IMG/VR virus record: IMGVR_UViG_3300046665_000589
Span: 29,508 to 93,507 of that record
Direction: 5' to 3' (one strand)
DNA length: 64,000 bases
DNA from: a virus
In this document: piece after piece, positions 1 through 8,261 of the stretch
Layout: each line of letters opens with the position of its first letter
Position numbering within the stretch: position 1 is the first letter of the stretch
The notes under the pieces: model-generated
Seen by the model: only the letters and a program-made list of their open reading frames with translations
Told to the model about the DNA's origin: nothing
Database searches by the model: none
Translations under genes and position numbers: made by a program

Positions 1-186
1 GGCCAGGTCGAGCTGGCCTCCGCCGGGCAGGAAGTCGACCTCAACCAGCAGGTAAGGATCCTGCTGGGTGACCTGGTCAACCACGCTGCGGTTGTCGATC
101 TCGACCACCAGCGGGTAGTCGGTGAAGTCGGCCTGGATTTGCGCCACCACGGCGCGAAGGTCTCGGCTGGCCTGTGCCTGGCTCAT
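1..186 (-). CDS. Putative tail terminator/neck protein (partial, runs off window start)
   Basis: ATG at 186 overlaps the stop of the upstream gene (ATGA); reads MSQAQASRDLRAVVAQIQADFTDYPLVVEIDNR...; follows the neck genes. Confidence 0.5.
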   Translation of the reverse strand, partial: MSQAQASRDLRAVVAQIQADFTDYPLVVEIDNRSVVDQVTQQDPYLLVEVDFLPGGGQLDLA

Positions 187-683
187 GCGGTGCTCCCAAG
201 TTCGCGCGCGCGGGCGCGCAGGTACGATTCGATCCGGACGCGGCCGGGGATGATGTTTTCGGGGCGCAGCTGCTCGACACCATCGGGCCCGATCATGCGG
301 GTACCGTCGGTGAACAACTCGGTGGCGTTGACGAAGTGCACCTGCGATTTCATCGTGACGCCGCGCAGCTGGGCCGCGCCGCGCGCCATCGCCGTGGCCA
401 CTGCCTCGGGGTCGCCGGCCTTGTGCGGCATCAGCTTTTGGCCATCGTGTTCGACCGCGTGCTTGCCGGGCCACGGCTTGAACACCGGCATGTTGCCGTC
501 GACCACGATGTTCCAGTTGCTGGCGAATTCGCCTGAGAACTGGGGCGACACTACGACCCCCAGACCGTACAGGTAATACAGCTTCTGGCGAAAGCCGGCG
601 TCGCCGCGCTTGACCACGGTCTTGCGCGTTGATTGCAGCCGCGCAAGGCTGAGCTTGATGGCGTTGGCGTTGAGCGCGATCAT
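183..683 (-). CDS. Putative neck/tail-completion protein (HK97 gp10-like position)
   Basis: True start MIALNANAIK at 683 via ATGA overlap; SPQFSGEFASNW resembles the TP..TG.L..SW motif of gp10-like proteins; synteny. Confidence 0.55.
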   Translation of the reverse strand: MIALNANAIKLSLARLQSTRKTVVKRGDAGFRQKLYYLYGLGVVVSPQFSGEFASNWNIVVDGNMPVFKPWPGKHAVEHDGQKLMPHKAGDPEAVATAMARGAAQLRGVTMKSQVHFVNATELFTDGTRMIGPDGVEQLRPENIIPGRVRIESYLRARARELGSTA

Positions 684-1513
684 GCCAGACGCACGTGCAA
701 GAGCCAGGCGTCCTGTTCGCTGACGATCGTCAGCGCGCGCCACTTGGCGCCTTGCATCGTGAATTCGGCGCCGACCACCGGCATGTAGGCGGCCTTGGCG
801 ATGTAGACCGCGCGGTCGCCCGGCTGCAGGGTGCTCTCGGCCAGCGTGCGGAACTGGTAGCACTTCTGGGGGTCGGTCTGGATCGCCCAAGTCGACACGG
901 AAGTAGCGGTGCGGGTGTCGGCCACCAGGTCCAGGACCGAGCTGATAAAAGTCACCGGCTGGCGCGCGTCGGCATCAAGCTGGTCGGCCTCGGCAATGGT
1001 CAGATCCTCGATCGACGGGTAGGCGTTGCGCACCCGCAACAAGGTGGCGCCCTGACGCAGGAAGGTACCCTTGGCCACCGGCTCGCCGGGCGGGCAGAAC
1101 ACATTCCACATCACGTCCCAGTCGGCGCTGGTCTTGGCGTCCTGGGTGTCGCGGAAGTATTCCTTGTGGACGTGAAACTCGGTGCCGGCCGCCGCAAGGC
1201 AGACCTCGCCCGGGGTCAGCGCGCTGACCAGCCCGCTCGACTTCTTCAGCCCGTAGCTGCGACGGATCGGCACGCCCTGGAAGCTGTCGACGTTGCTATT
1301 GCCGACCAACCAGGTCTCGCCGTGGATCTGGACCACCGCGCGCGCCGGCGCCGCGGTACCGGGCACCGTGGTCATGGTGCGGCGGCGCGCGGTCGCGCCC
1401 GACGAGGTGTGGTCGTCGTGCGGCGTGGTGTGGCAGTGGAACAACAGCGCCCCGGTGTACGCGTCGTACACCGGGTCGTCGTCGAAGTAGCTGTCGACGT
1501 CGGCGATGTCCAT
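680..1513 (-). CDS. Putative head-tail joining/virion structural protein
   Basis: Start MDIADVDSYF at 1513, just after the upstream stop; phage-like codon usage; neck position. Confidence 0.5.
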   Translation of the reverse strand: MDIADVDSYFDDDPVYDAYTGALLFHCHTTPHDDHTSSGATARRRTMTTVPGTAAPARAVVQIHGETWLVGNSNVDSFQGVPIRRSYGLKKSSGLVSALTPGEVCLAAAGTEFHVHKEYFRDTQDAKTSADWDVMWNVFCPPGEPVAKGTFLRQGATLLRVRNAYPSIEDLTIAEADQLDADARQPVTFISSVLDLVADTRTATSVSTWAIQTDPQKCYQFRTLAESTLQPGDRAVYIAKAAYMPVVGAEFTMQGAKWRALTIVSEQDAWLLHVRLA

Positions 1514-1514
1514 G

Positions 1515-2009
1515 TCAGCTGCCGGTGATCGGGCTGGTACCCGGGGTGGCGGCCAGCGCCGCCAGCCGCTCGGCCGGCGCGGGCGGGGTGGCGTCCGGGT
1601 TGAGCCTGGCGTAGGCCGCGCGCAGGCGGGTGCGCAGGATGCTGAGCGTGGTCGGGACGTCGATGCGCAGCTGGGCATAGGCGTCGGGAACTCGCTCCGC
1701 CTCGCTCTTGCCGGCGGCGCTGATGCGCGCCGGCGCGAACATCGCCACCGCGCCCAGACACTGCTTGGCGATGTGATAGGCGGCGTAGGCCTGCACCAGG
1801 TTGACGAAGCGCTCCTGGTCGTCGGTCTTGGTCGCGAGCGGCGCGGTGGCAGCGAAGTCGGCCAACATCTGCGCGTGCAGCGCGTCGATGTCGCCGGTCA
1901 GCTGCGTGGTGTAGAGCGGCAGCAGCAGTACGTCGTCGTGCAGCTCTTTCTCGGACACGCCGAGCACGGCGCGCACTTCGGCGGTGGAGGTGATGTCGGT
2001 GAATGCCAT
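1515..2009 (-). CDS. Putative head-tail adaptor protein
   Basis: 164 aa, helical, AAGGAG RBS, downstream of the capsid gene. Confidence 0.5.
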   Translation of the reverse strand: MAFTDITSTAEVRAVLGVSEKELHDDVLLLPLYTTQLTGDIDALHAQMLADFAATAPLATKTDDQERFVNLVQAYAAYHIAKQCLGAVAMFAPARISAAGKSEAERVPDAYAQLRIDVPTTLSILRTRLRAAYARLNPDATPPAPAERLAALAATPGTSPITGS

Positions 2010-2029
2010 GAGGGCTCCTTTTGGGAAAC

Positions 2030-2049
2030 ATTATGGCACGGAAAATGCT
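2030..2049 (-). promoter_or_regulatory. Late promoter (extended -10 TGcCATAAT) overlapped by an opposite-strand sigma54-type box TGGCACG-GAAA-ATGCT
   Basis: Read directly; same core at 8138 and 49041. Confidence 0.55.
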
Positions 2050-2054
2050 TGCGC

Positions 2055-2083
2055 AAAAGAAAAGCCCGCTGGCGCGGGCTTTC
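2055..2083 (-). terminator. Intrinsic terminator
   Basis: AAAGCCCGC-tggc-GCGGGCTTT stem with a U-tract on the minus strand; near-identical to 8177-8203. Confidence 0.75.
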
Positions 2084-2117
2084 TCGGCTCAGGCGCCGCC
2101 AATGCCGTCGCGGGGCG

Positions 2118-2396
2118 TCATTTTGCGGCGGCAGGGGCCTTGGGCGCCTGCGGTGCGTCAGCTACCGGCTCTTCCTTGAAGCGGATCTCGCCATCGGTCG
2201 GGTCTTCGATCAGACGCAGCAGCGGCTGGGCCTTCAGGAAGTCCGAGCGGACAATGCGGGTCGGCACGCCCGGCTCGAGGATGACCAGGTCCGAGCCTGG
2301 GGTGTCGACCTGGCGCTGGTAATCCGGCAGGCGGACCTCGCCGGTATTGAGGACCCACTCGCCCTTCTTGTCGATGATCTTGAAGTGTTCGGACAT
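2118..2396 (-). CDS. Hypothetical virion-module protein
   Basis: AGGAG RBS, own putative promoter (TTGTCA-N16-CATACT) and downstream terminator. Confidence 0.7.
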   Translation of the reverse strand: MSEHFKIIDKKGEWVLNTGEVRLPDYQRQVDTPGSDLVILEPGVPTRIVRSDFLKAQPLLRLIEDPTDGEIRFKEEPVADAPQAPKAPAAAK

Positions 2397-2424
2397 TCTT
2401 GTTCTCCTGTGGATGAGTTCCCGA

Positions 2425-2474
2425 AGTATGCCATGAATGTTTCCTTTGACAAAGTTATTTTAAGGAGGTAGAGT
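2425..2474. promoter_or_regulatory. Divergent sigma70 promoters with overlapping -35 elements
   Basis: Plus: TTGACA(2446)-N17-TAGAGT(2469). Minus: TTGTCA(2452)-N16-CATACT(2430). Confidence 0.6.
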
Positions 2475-2507
2475 CGAGGCCGGTTAAGACTGAAGAGGAG
2501 AAGCGTC

Positions 2508-3362
2508 ATGTTGGGAGAATGGGTAGCGTTGGACGACTGGCAGCAGCTGCCAGACGTTTCCGGGATCTACGTGATCCGGCACCGGCAGAGCCAGAAGGCG
2601 TATGTGGGCCAGTCGAAAAATGTGCGTCAGCGCATCGCAAGTCACCGGTACGCGCGGTCCTGGCACTACTTCGGGCGCGCGCTGCGGCGCCACGGCCTCG
2701 CCGCGTTCGAGGTCTGCCTGCTGACCACAGGCGCACCGGAAGACCTGGGGCGCCTGGAGAAAGAAGCGATTGCCACGCTTGGCACGCTGGCGCCGGCCGG
2801 CTACAACCTGGCCGCTGGTGGCCTCGGGCCTACCGGCGTGACCTGGGCTTACGAACGCCGGCAGGCGCAGTCACTGGCGCGTACAGGCTTTCGGCACCGC
2901 CCTGACTCGATCGAGAAGATGCGCGAGGCGGCGCACAAAAACAATGGTTTCCGTGGGAAGAAGCACACGGCCGAGGCGAAAGCGAAAATCGGAGCAGCAA
3001 CCGTGCGTGTCCACACCGGGATGAAGCGGTCACCGGAGGTACGGGCAAACATCTCGGCGTCCTTGCAAGGTCGTGCGGCGCCTGTGCTGTCGCCGGAAGC
3101 CCGAGCGCGCATCGCAGAAGCCAACAGGAAGCCAAACCCGAAAAAGGCTCAGAGAGGTGAAAAGAACGGCATGCATGGGGTCAGGCTAGGTGAGCACCCG
3201 GCTGCAAAGCGGGTTGGCTTGTGGCTGCCCGAAGCCCTGACCCCGACCACCTTCGAAACAGCGACCGAAGCAGCTGCCTGGGCGGGCGTCAAAGTGTCTA
3301 CGCTATCCTGCTGGTGCTCCGGCAGACACAGGTCAACGCTGGGCGCCTGGGCCTACCTGTAA
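2508..3362 (+). CDS. Free-standing GIY-YIG homing endonuclease with NUMOD3-type repeats and a C-terminal NUMOD1/IENR1-like HTH
   Basis: SGIYVI...YVGQSKNVRQRIASH; LEKEAI; GYN; HRPDSIEKMR, HTAEAKAKI and RSPEVRANIS repeats; FETATEAAAWAGV. Confidence 0.9.
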   Translation: MLGEWVALDDWQQLPDVSGIYVIRHRQSQKAYVGQSKNVRQRIASHRYARSWHYFGRALRRHGLAAFEVCLLTTGAPEDLGRLEKEAIATLGTLAPAGYNLAAGGLGPTGVTWAYERRQAQSLARTGFRHRPDSIEKMREAAHKNNGFRGKKHTAEAKAKIGAATVRVHTGMKRSPEVRANISASLQGRAAPVLSPEARARIAEANRKPNPKKAQRGEKNGMHGVRLGEHPAAKRVGLWLPEALTPTTFETATEAAAWAGVKVSTLSCWCSGRHRSTLGAWAYL

Positions 3363-3365
3363 ATG

Positions 3366-3391
3366 AAAACGGCCCCTTTCGGGGCCGTTTT
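3366..3391. terminator. Bidirectional intrinsic terminator between the capsid and endonuclease genes
   Basis: AAAACGGCCCC-tttc-GGGGCCGTTTT. Confidence 0.9.
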
Positions 3392-3404
3392 AAGTTTGGT
3401 CAGA

Positions 3405-4637
3405 TCAGGAGATGACCAACACATCGAATGCCGTGAGGTCGGTATCACCGAATAACCTTAGGGCTTCCTCGCTCCAAGTCCAGATCATGCGACTCGAGCG
3501 GCGCAGCACGAACTCCTCGGTCGCCTTGTAATCGGCGCTGGTGTTGGTCACCAGCTTGATCGCCTGCGACTGGTCCAGGCCCCACACGGTGTTGGCCGGC
3601 ACCGGGCCACCGTTGGCGGCGTCGTCGACGATCAGCCACTTGACATCGTTGCCGAAGCCGATCGAGCCCTTGGCGGCGACCAGCTGCGGGTCGATGCGGG
3701 CCAGCGTCGGGTCGTAGTTGTTCGAACCCGGGCGGCCGGTGCGCGACTCGATCTTCAGGTAGGTGTCGAGGTCGCACATCACGTGGGTGATCTTGCGGCG
3801 GCGGCGGTTGCGCGCCAGCCACTTGACCCAGGCCTTGTGGGTGACCACGCCGCCGGTGGCAGCCGCGTCCAGCGAGTTGGTGGTCACCGCCGGCACCGCG
3901 CCGTTGTTCTGGTCCGTGTCGCCCAGGAACAGGTTGCTCAGGTAGGTGTTGACGCGCGCGTTGTGCTCGATGTCGATGTAACGCTTCATCGTCAGACCGA
4001 ACAGGTCGAGCGTGGTGCCCTTCATCGCTTCCTGGCTCATCTCGATGCCGATACCGTAGGCCGGGATGTTGAAGGCGCGCTCGGACGTGGTGATCGTCAG
4101 CATGTTCGGCAGCTCGCCCAGCTGGGTCACGCGGGCGGCCTTGGCGGCGTCGGCACCCTTGTTGGCGCCACCGGCCTTCTGGTAGCTCAGCACCGGCTGG
4201 CGGTAATAGTCGTCGGCCACCGGCACGGTGGTCTTGACCAGGTCACGGAAGCGCACGTCTTCGTCGCTGCGGCTGTCGTAGAACATGTCCTCGACCATCT
4301 CGATGACGACCGACGGGAACAGGATGCGCGACTGGTTGCCCAGCGGGTCACCACGCTCGCGGCTGTTCGAGGTGCCGCCAGCCTGGAAGCCGGCATTGCC
4401 TTCGAGGATGTCGTGGATCGACGCGGCGCGCAAGCCGAACGGGTTCTTGCCGACCAGCGACAGGCCCTCCGAGGCGGCGATCTGCTGGAACGCCGTACCC
4501 TTCTTCGGGTCGGCGTCCTTGTAGGTCATGTTGATCAGGTGCGCGACCTTGACGTTCTTGTCGACCGCTTCCTTGTAGAGAGTGTTTTCCAGCTTGACCT
4601 GCTGGACGTTCCCCTCGGCATTGATGTAAAAGCCCAT
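3405..4637 (-). CDS. Major capsid protein
   Basis: 410 aa after protease and decoration genes; strong RBS, biased codons, followed by a terminator; YGIGIEMSQEA segment is HK97-fold-like. Confidence 0.8.
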   Translation of the reverse strand: MGFYINAEGNVQQVKLENTLYKEAVDKNVKVAHLINMTYKDADPKKGTAFQQIAASEGLSLVGKNPFGLRAASIHDILEGNAGFQAGGTSNSRERGDPLGNQSRILFPSVVIEMVEDMFYDSRSDEDVRFRDLVKTTVPVADDYYRQPVLSYQKAGGANKGADAAKAARVTQLGELPNMLTITTSERAFNIPAYGIGIEMSQEAMKGTTLDLFGLTMKRYIDIEHNARVNTYLSNLFLGDTDQNNGAVPAVTTNSLDAAATGGVVTHKAWVKWLARNRRRRKITHVMCDLDTYLKIESRTGRPGSNNYDPTLARIDPQLVAAKGSIGFGNDVKWLIVDDAANGGPVPANTVWGLDQSQAIKLVTNTSADYKATEEFVLRRSSRMIWTWSEEALRLFGDTDLTAFDVLVIS

Positions 4638-4658
4638 TGTTGTTCTCCTGTTGAGGGG

Positions 4659-5147
4659 TTACTTGACGCGCTCGATGACGCCGGTGGTGCCCACGGCGCC
4701 GGTACCGACGGTGCCGAGCGACATGACGCGCCAGGCGAACGGGCTGGCCTTGGCGGCAGCCTGGTCGGTGGCCTTGCACACCTTCGCATACGTAGCCAGT
4801 TGGGTGCCCTTGGCGGTGATGGTGCCGGCCACCACGTAGTCGCCGACGGCGATCGTGCCGGTGCCCGGGGTCGCCTGCAGGCCGTCGAGCGTGACGAACA
4901 GCGCACGATCCTGCACGCGGCCGCCGACGGTGAAGCCGCCCGAGGTCGCGGTCTCGACGCCGTAGATCCAGCCTTCGATGGTGTCGCCAGCGACGCACAG
5001 GTCGTAGCGCGACTCGCCGGCCAACTTGATCAGCTTGCCTTCGTCCTTGACGGACAGATTGTTGGCCGCGCCGGCGCCGGCGCCGAGGCGGACCGGCACG
5101 ACGATCGGGGTTTCCCCGGTCGGCATGAAGTAGTGCAGTTTGGACAT
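4659..5147 (-). CDS. Putative capsid decoration protein
   Basis: 162 aa, Gly/Ala/Thr-rich beta protein between protease and MCP. Confidence 0.6.
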   Translation of the reverse strand: MSKLHYFMPTGETPIVVPVRLGAGAGAANNLSVKDEGKLIKLAGESRYDLCVAGDTIEGWIYGVETATSGGFTVGGRVQDRALFVTLDGLQATPGTGTIAVGDYVVAGTITAKGTQLATYAKVCKATDQAAAKASPFAWRVMSLGTVGTGAVGTTGVIERVK

Positions 5148-5160
5148 GCTGGCTCCTTGA

Positions 5161-6588
5161 TTAACGGTTGGCGGACGGCGCGGTTTTGAGGGCGAACTCG
5201 AAGCCGAACGGCACCGCGGCCTTGTTCGTGTCCTTGTCGTCGGCGTCGCTGGCGACCGACTGGCGGCCGACCGGGAACTTGGCCTTGAACTCGGTTTCGA
5301 CGCGGGCGTGCTCGGCGATCACGGCGGCGGCGTCCATGCCATCGACCGCGGCCTTGGTGCCGCCCAGCGGGATCAGCATCTTGGCGGTGGCGTCCTTGGC
5401 GATGGCCAGCAGGCCGTCGTGGTGCTGGGCCACCTTCTGCAGGTCGCCCACCTTGGCGGTGGCGGCGGCGGCATCGGCCTTGGCAGCGGTCAGCGCGGTG
5501 TTGGCGCTGGCCAGCTCGGCCTGGGCCGTGGTCAGCTGACCCTTGACGGTCGCCAGCTCGGCCTTGATGGTGGTCAGCTCGGCGGCTGCCTGGTTCTGGG
5601 AAGCGGCGGCGTCGCGCGCGGCGATCTCCTCGGCGCTCATCGCGGTGCCGTCTTCGTGCAGGCCGATGTCGGCCATCGACTTGCCGGCGCGCAGCAGGTT
5701 CAGTTGATCTTGAGTCAGAGTAATGGCCATAGCTTTACCTTTCGAATGGGAAGGAGTATTGCTGGAGTGTTTCTGCTTGTCAAGCAATTTTAGTGCCAGG
5801 TCGAAACTTTGCACTTTGTCCACAAGGCCGGCCTTGAGCGCCATCTGGCCGAGGAAGGTCTGGCCCTTGGTCACTTCGGCCAGCTGGTCGGCCGACAGGT
5901 TGGTACGGCCGGCCGCGACCTGCTTCTTGAACAGCTTGTGCACTTCGGCAAGCTGGGCCTGGGCGCGCTCCTTGGCGCCTTCGGTCAGCGGCTCGATGCT
6001 GTTGACCTCGGCCTTGTATTCGCCGGCGCGCAATACGGTGCGGGTCACGCCGTTCTGCTCGGCCTGCTTGCTGTTCTCGGCATGCACGCGCAGCACGCCG
6101 ATCGAGCCGACCACCGCGGTCGGGCCGGCGCTGATCGCGCCGCGAATGGCGCTGGCCATCCAGTAGCCGGCCGAGGCCATCAGCTCGGTGGTGTGCACGG
6201 CCGACGGCTTCAGGGCCGACAGCTGCGACAGCAGCGCGCTCATGTCGACCAGGCCGGCAACATCGCCGCCCGGCGTGTTGATGTGGTACAACATGGCTTT
6301 GGTGTCGGCGTGGGTCGCGGCCTCGATCGCGGCGGCCGCGATGTTGTCGTAGCCGAGCACGCCGAACAGGCGCATGAAGCCGGCATCACCCTGCACCACC
6401 GGACCGTTGATCTCGAGCACGGCGCTCGAGCCCTCGTGGCGCCAGAGCTTGGGCAGCTTGGCGATGGCCTCGTCCAGCCAGCCGGCGGTCATGCCGGGCT
6501 TGGCCAGCAGGTCGTCGACCTTGGCCTGGGCCTTGACGACCAGCTCGTACGACTCGTCCGAGCCGGCCCAGAAAAGTGGGACGCTCAT
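5161..6588 (-). CDS. S49-family head maturation protease fused to a C-terminal scaffold
   Basis: INTPGG, MASAGYW, VGSIGV and AGEYKA motifs; Ala-rich coiled-coil C-terminus. Confidence 0.85.
   Translation of the reverse strand: MSVPLFWAGSDESYELVVKAQAKVDDLLAKPGMTAGWLDEAIAKLPKLWRHEGSSAVLEINGPVVQGDAGFMRLFGVLGYDNIAAAAIEAATHADTKAMLYHINTPGGDVAGLVDMSALLSQLSALKPSAVHTTELMASAGYWMASAIRGAISAGPTAVVGSIGVLRVHAENSKQAEQNGVTRTVLRAGEYKAEVNSIEPLTEGAKERAQAQLAEVHKLFKKQVAAGRTNLSADQLAEVTKGQTFLGQMALKAGLVDKVQSFDLALKLLDKQKHSSNTPSHSKGKAMAITLTQDQLNLLRAGKSMADIGLHEDGTAMSAEEIAARDAAASQNQAAAELTTIKAELATVKGQLTTAQAELASANTALTAAKADAAAATAKVGDLQKVAQHHDGLLAIAKDATAKMLIPLGGTKAAVDGMDAAAVIAEHARVETEFKAKFPVGRQSVASDADDKDTNKAAVPFGFEFALKTAPSANR
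5755..5783 (-). promoter_or_regulatory. Internal sigma70 promoter for a nested scaffold (ATG 5730), decoration and capsid genes
   Basis: TTGACA-N17-AATACT in an AT-rich linker inside the protease gene; AAGG upstream of in-frame MAITLTQ. Confidence 0.55.
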
Positions 6589-8126
6589 TTTTTCGCGGGT
6601 CCTTTCGGTTGTTGCGGCGTCTTCTTCATCGCCGAGGTCGGCGAGGCCGGGTTGCCGGGGTTGTTGGGGTCCTGTTCGGCGGCCGGGGCCGGGGTCTTGA
6701 ACATGGTGCCGCTGAGCGGCTTGAAGGTCGGCGGCGGCAGCTGGTAGGTCAGGCGCAGGCAGGCCTCCTCGTCGCTCATCATGCCGATCGACAGCAGGTT
6801 GGTGATGCGCTCGTACTTCATGGCGCGGTAGGCCTCGAGCTCGCCTGCGGGCTTGAGCTCGATGTCGTCGAATTCGAACTCGACCGTCACGTCCATGCCC
6901 AGCAGGCGCACCGCCAGGGTCAAGGCCTTGCTGTAGAGTTCCTGCAGCTTCAGGCGGATCATGCCGTCGGCGTTCTTCAGGAACATCAGGGTCTCGGTCG
7001 AGGCCACGGTCTGCGACTTCGCGCCCATGCCCAGCACCGACGGCGGGGTCTTGGTGGCGGTGGCGATCTTGCCGTCGTAGATGCCCTTGACGGTCTCGAA
7101 GGTGTCCGGGGTGTCGCCGTTGTCGCCCTCGACGTACTTCAGGTGGAAGAAGTCGAAGTGCACCAGCGCCTCGTCCACGCCCAGGTTGCTGATGGTGTCG
7201 TTGATCTGCGTGAGCAGCGTGTTCAGGTAGGCGGTGATCTTCTCGTCGTCGCCGATGTACTCGGCCGGGATGCGCTTGAGCAGCTTCTCCTCGTCGATCT
7301 CAACGTCGTAGCGCTTGTAGACGTGGCGCTCGCAGAGCTTACGCAAGGTCGACAGGAAGTTGGTCGAGGCCAGCACCGGCTGGATCGCCGCCTCCATCGG
7401 GCTTTGCGGGTAGACGTCGTACAGGCTGGGGTCGAGCGCGACCCAGAAGAAGGTCGCGATGTCCAGGTCGATCTCGTCGCCACCCACCTTCTGCACCGGT
7501 TTGACGCCCTTGCCGTCCTGGTAAAAGATGATCGGGCCGGTTGGCACCGGCACCCACTGCAGCGGCAGGCGCTGCTTGTCGAGCACCAGTTCCAGGCCCA
7601 TCGCGCCCTGCTGCTGGATCTCCTTGGCCAAGGCCTCGGAGGTCGAGCGCAGGCTGCCGACCTGGGAAAAGCCGTTGATGTAGTCCGGCATCGTGTTCAT
7701 CGTGCGCAGCAGCTGCAGCGCCAGGCGGGTGGCGTCGACGTTGAAGTTGCCGTCCGGGTCGCGCGCGATCGCGATGTACTTTTCCGGGATGCCTACCCGG
7801 TTGTTGGCCGCGACCGAGCCGGCCAGCTCGGGCGAGATGCGCGACAGGTTGCGCACCAGGGTCGGGGTGTCCGCGGCGGTGCGGTAAGTCGCGGTCAGGT
7901 CGACGTTGGCAACGTCGAAGGCCGGCTTCTGGATCTTGGCGGTCGAGGCCACCGTGCTGGTGCGGAAACCCGGGAACGCGGCTCCGCCCGGCTTGGGCGG
8001 CTTGGGCGGCGGTGGGGACGGCAGCGCGGTTGCCGCGCTCATGCGCGAAGCGTCCGTGTTCACCGGGCTGTCAGCGTCGGTGAACCGGACCCCGCGGCGC
8101 GAGAAGATGGTCGGCAATTTCCACAT
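6585..8126 (-). CDS. Portal protein
   Basis: ~513 aa between terminase and protease; TPPSVLG motif; ATG 8126 (GTG 8132 alternative). Confidence 0.75.
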   Translation of the reverse strand: MWKLPTIFSRRGVRFTDADSPVNTDASRMSAATALPSPPPPKPPKPGGAAFPGFRTSTVASTAKIQKPAFDVANVDLTATYRTAADTPTLVRNLSRISPELAGSVAANNRVGIPEKYIAIARDPDGNFNVDATRLALQLLRTMNTMPDYINGFSQVGSLRSTSEALAKEIQQQGAMGLELVLDKQRLPLQWVPVPTGPIIFYQDGKGVKPVQKVGGDEIDLDIATFFWVALDPSLYDVYPQSPMEAAIQPVLASTNFLSTLRKLCERHVYKRYDVEIDEEKLLKRIPAEYIGDDEKITAYLNTLLTQINDTISNLGVDEALVHFDFFHLKYVEGDNGDTPDTFETVKGIYDGKIATATKTPPSVLGMGAKSQTVASTETLMFLKNADGMIRLKLQELYSKALTLAVRLLGMDVTVEFEFDDIELKPAGELEAYRAMKYERITNLLSIGMMSDEEACLRLTYQLPPPTFKPLSGTMFKTPAPAAEQDPNNPGNPASPTSAMKKTPQQPKGPAKK

Positions 8127-8133
8127 GGCCACG

Positions 8134-8162
8134 ATTTTGGCACGGAACTTGCTTTCTGTCAG
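8134..8162 (-). promoter_or_regulatory. Portal promoter CTGACA-N17-CAAAAT (leaderless geometry) overlapped by a perfect opposite-strand sigma54 box TGGCACG-GAAC-TTGCT
   Basis: 7 nt separate the -10 from ATG 8126; no RBS. Confidence 0.6.
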
Positions 8163-8176
8163 CTTTTTTGATGCGC

Positions 8177-8203
8177 AAAAGAAAAGGCCCGCTTGCGCGG
8201 GCC
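8177..8203 (-). terminator. Intrinsic terminator after terL
   Basis: GGCCCGC-ttgc-GCGGGCC plus a U-tract on the minus strand. Confidence 0.75.
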
Positions 8204-8261
8204 AAAAGCTTACGTGGAGACGGGCTTACTCTACCGCAAGCCGTGGCATTGTTCAATATCC

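Noticed and set aside
2508-3362. Group I intron-encoded endonuclease
   Set aside because: Antisense, intergenic, flanking genes intact, no intron core seen
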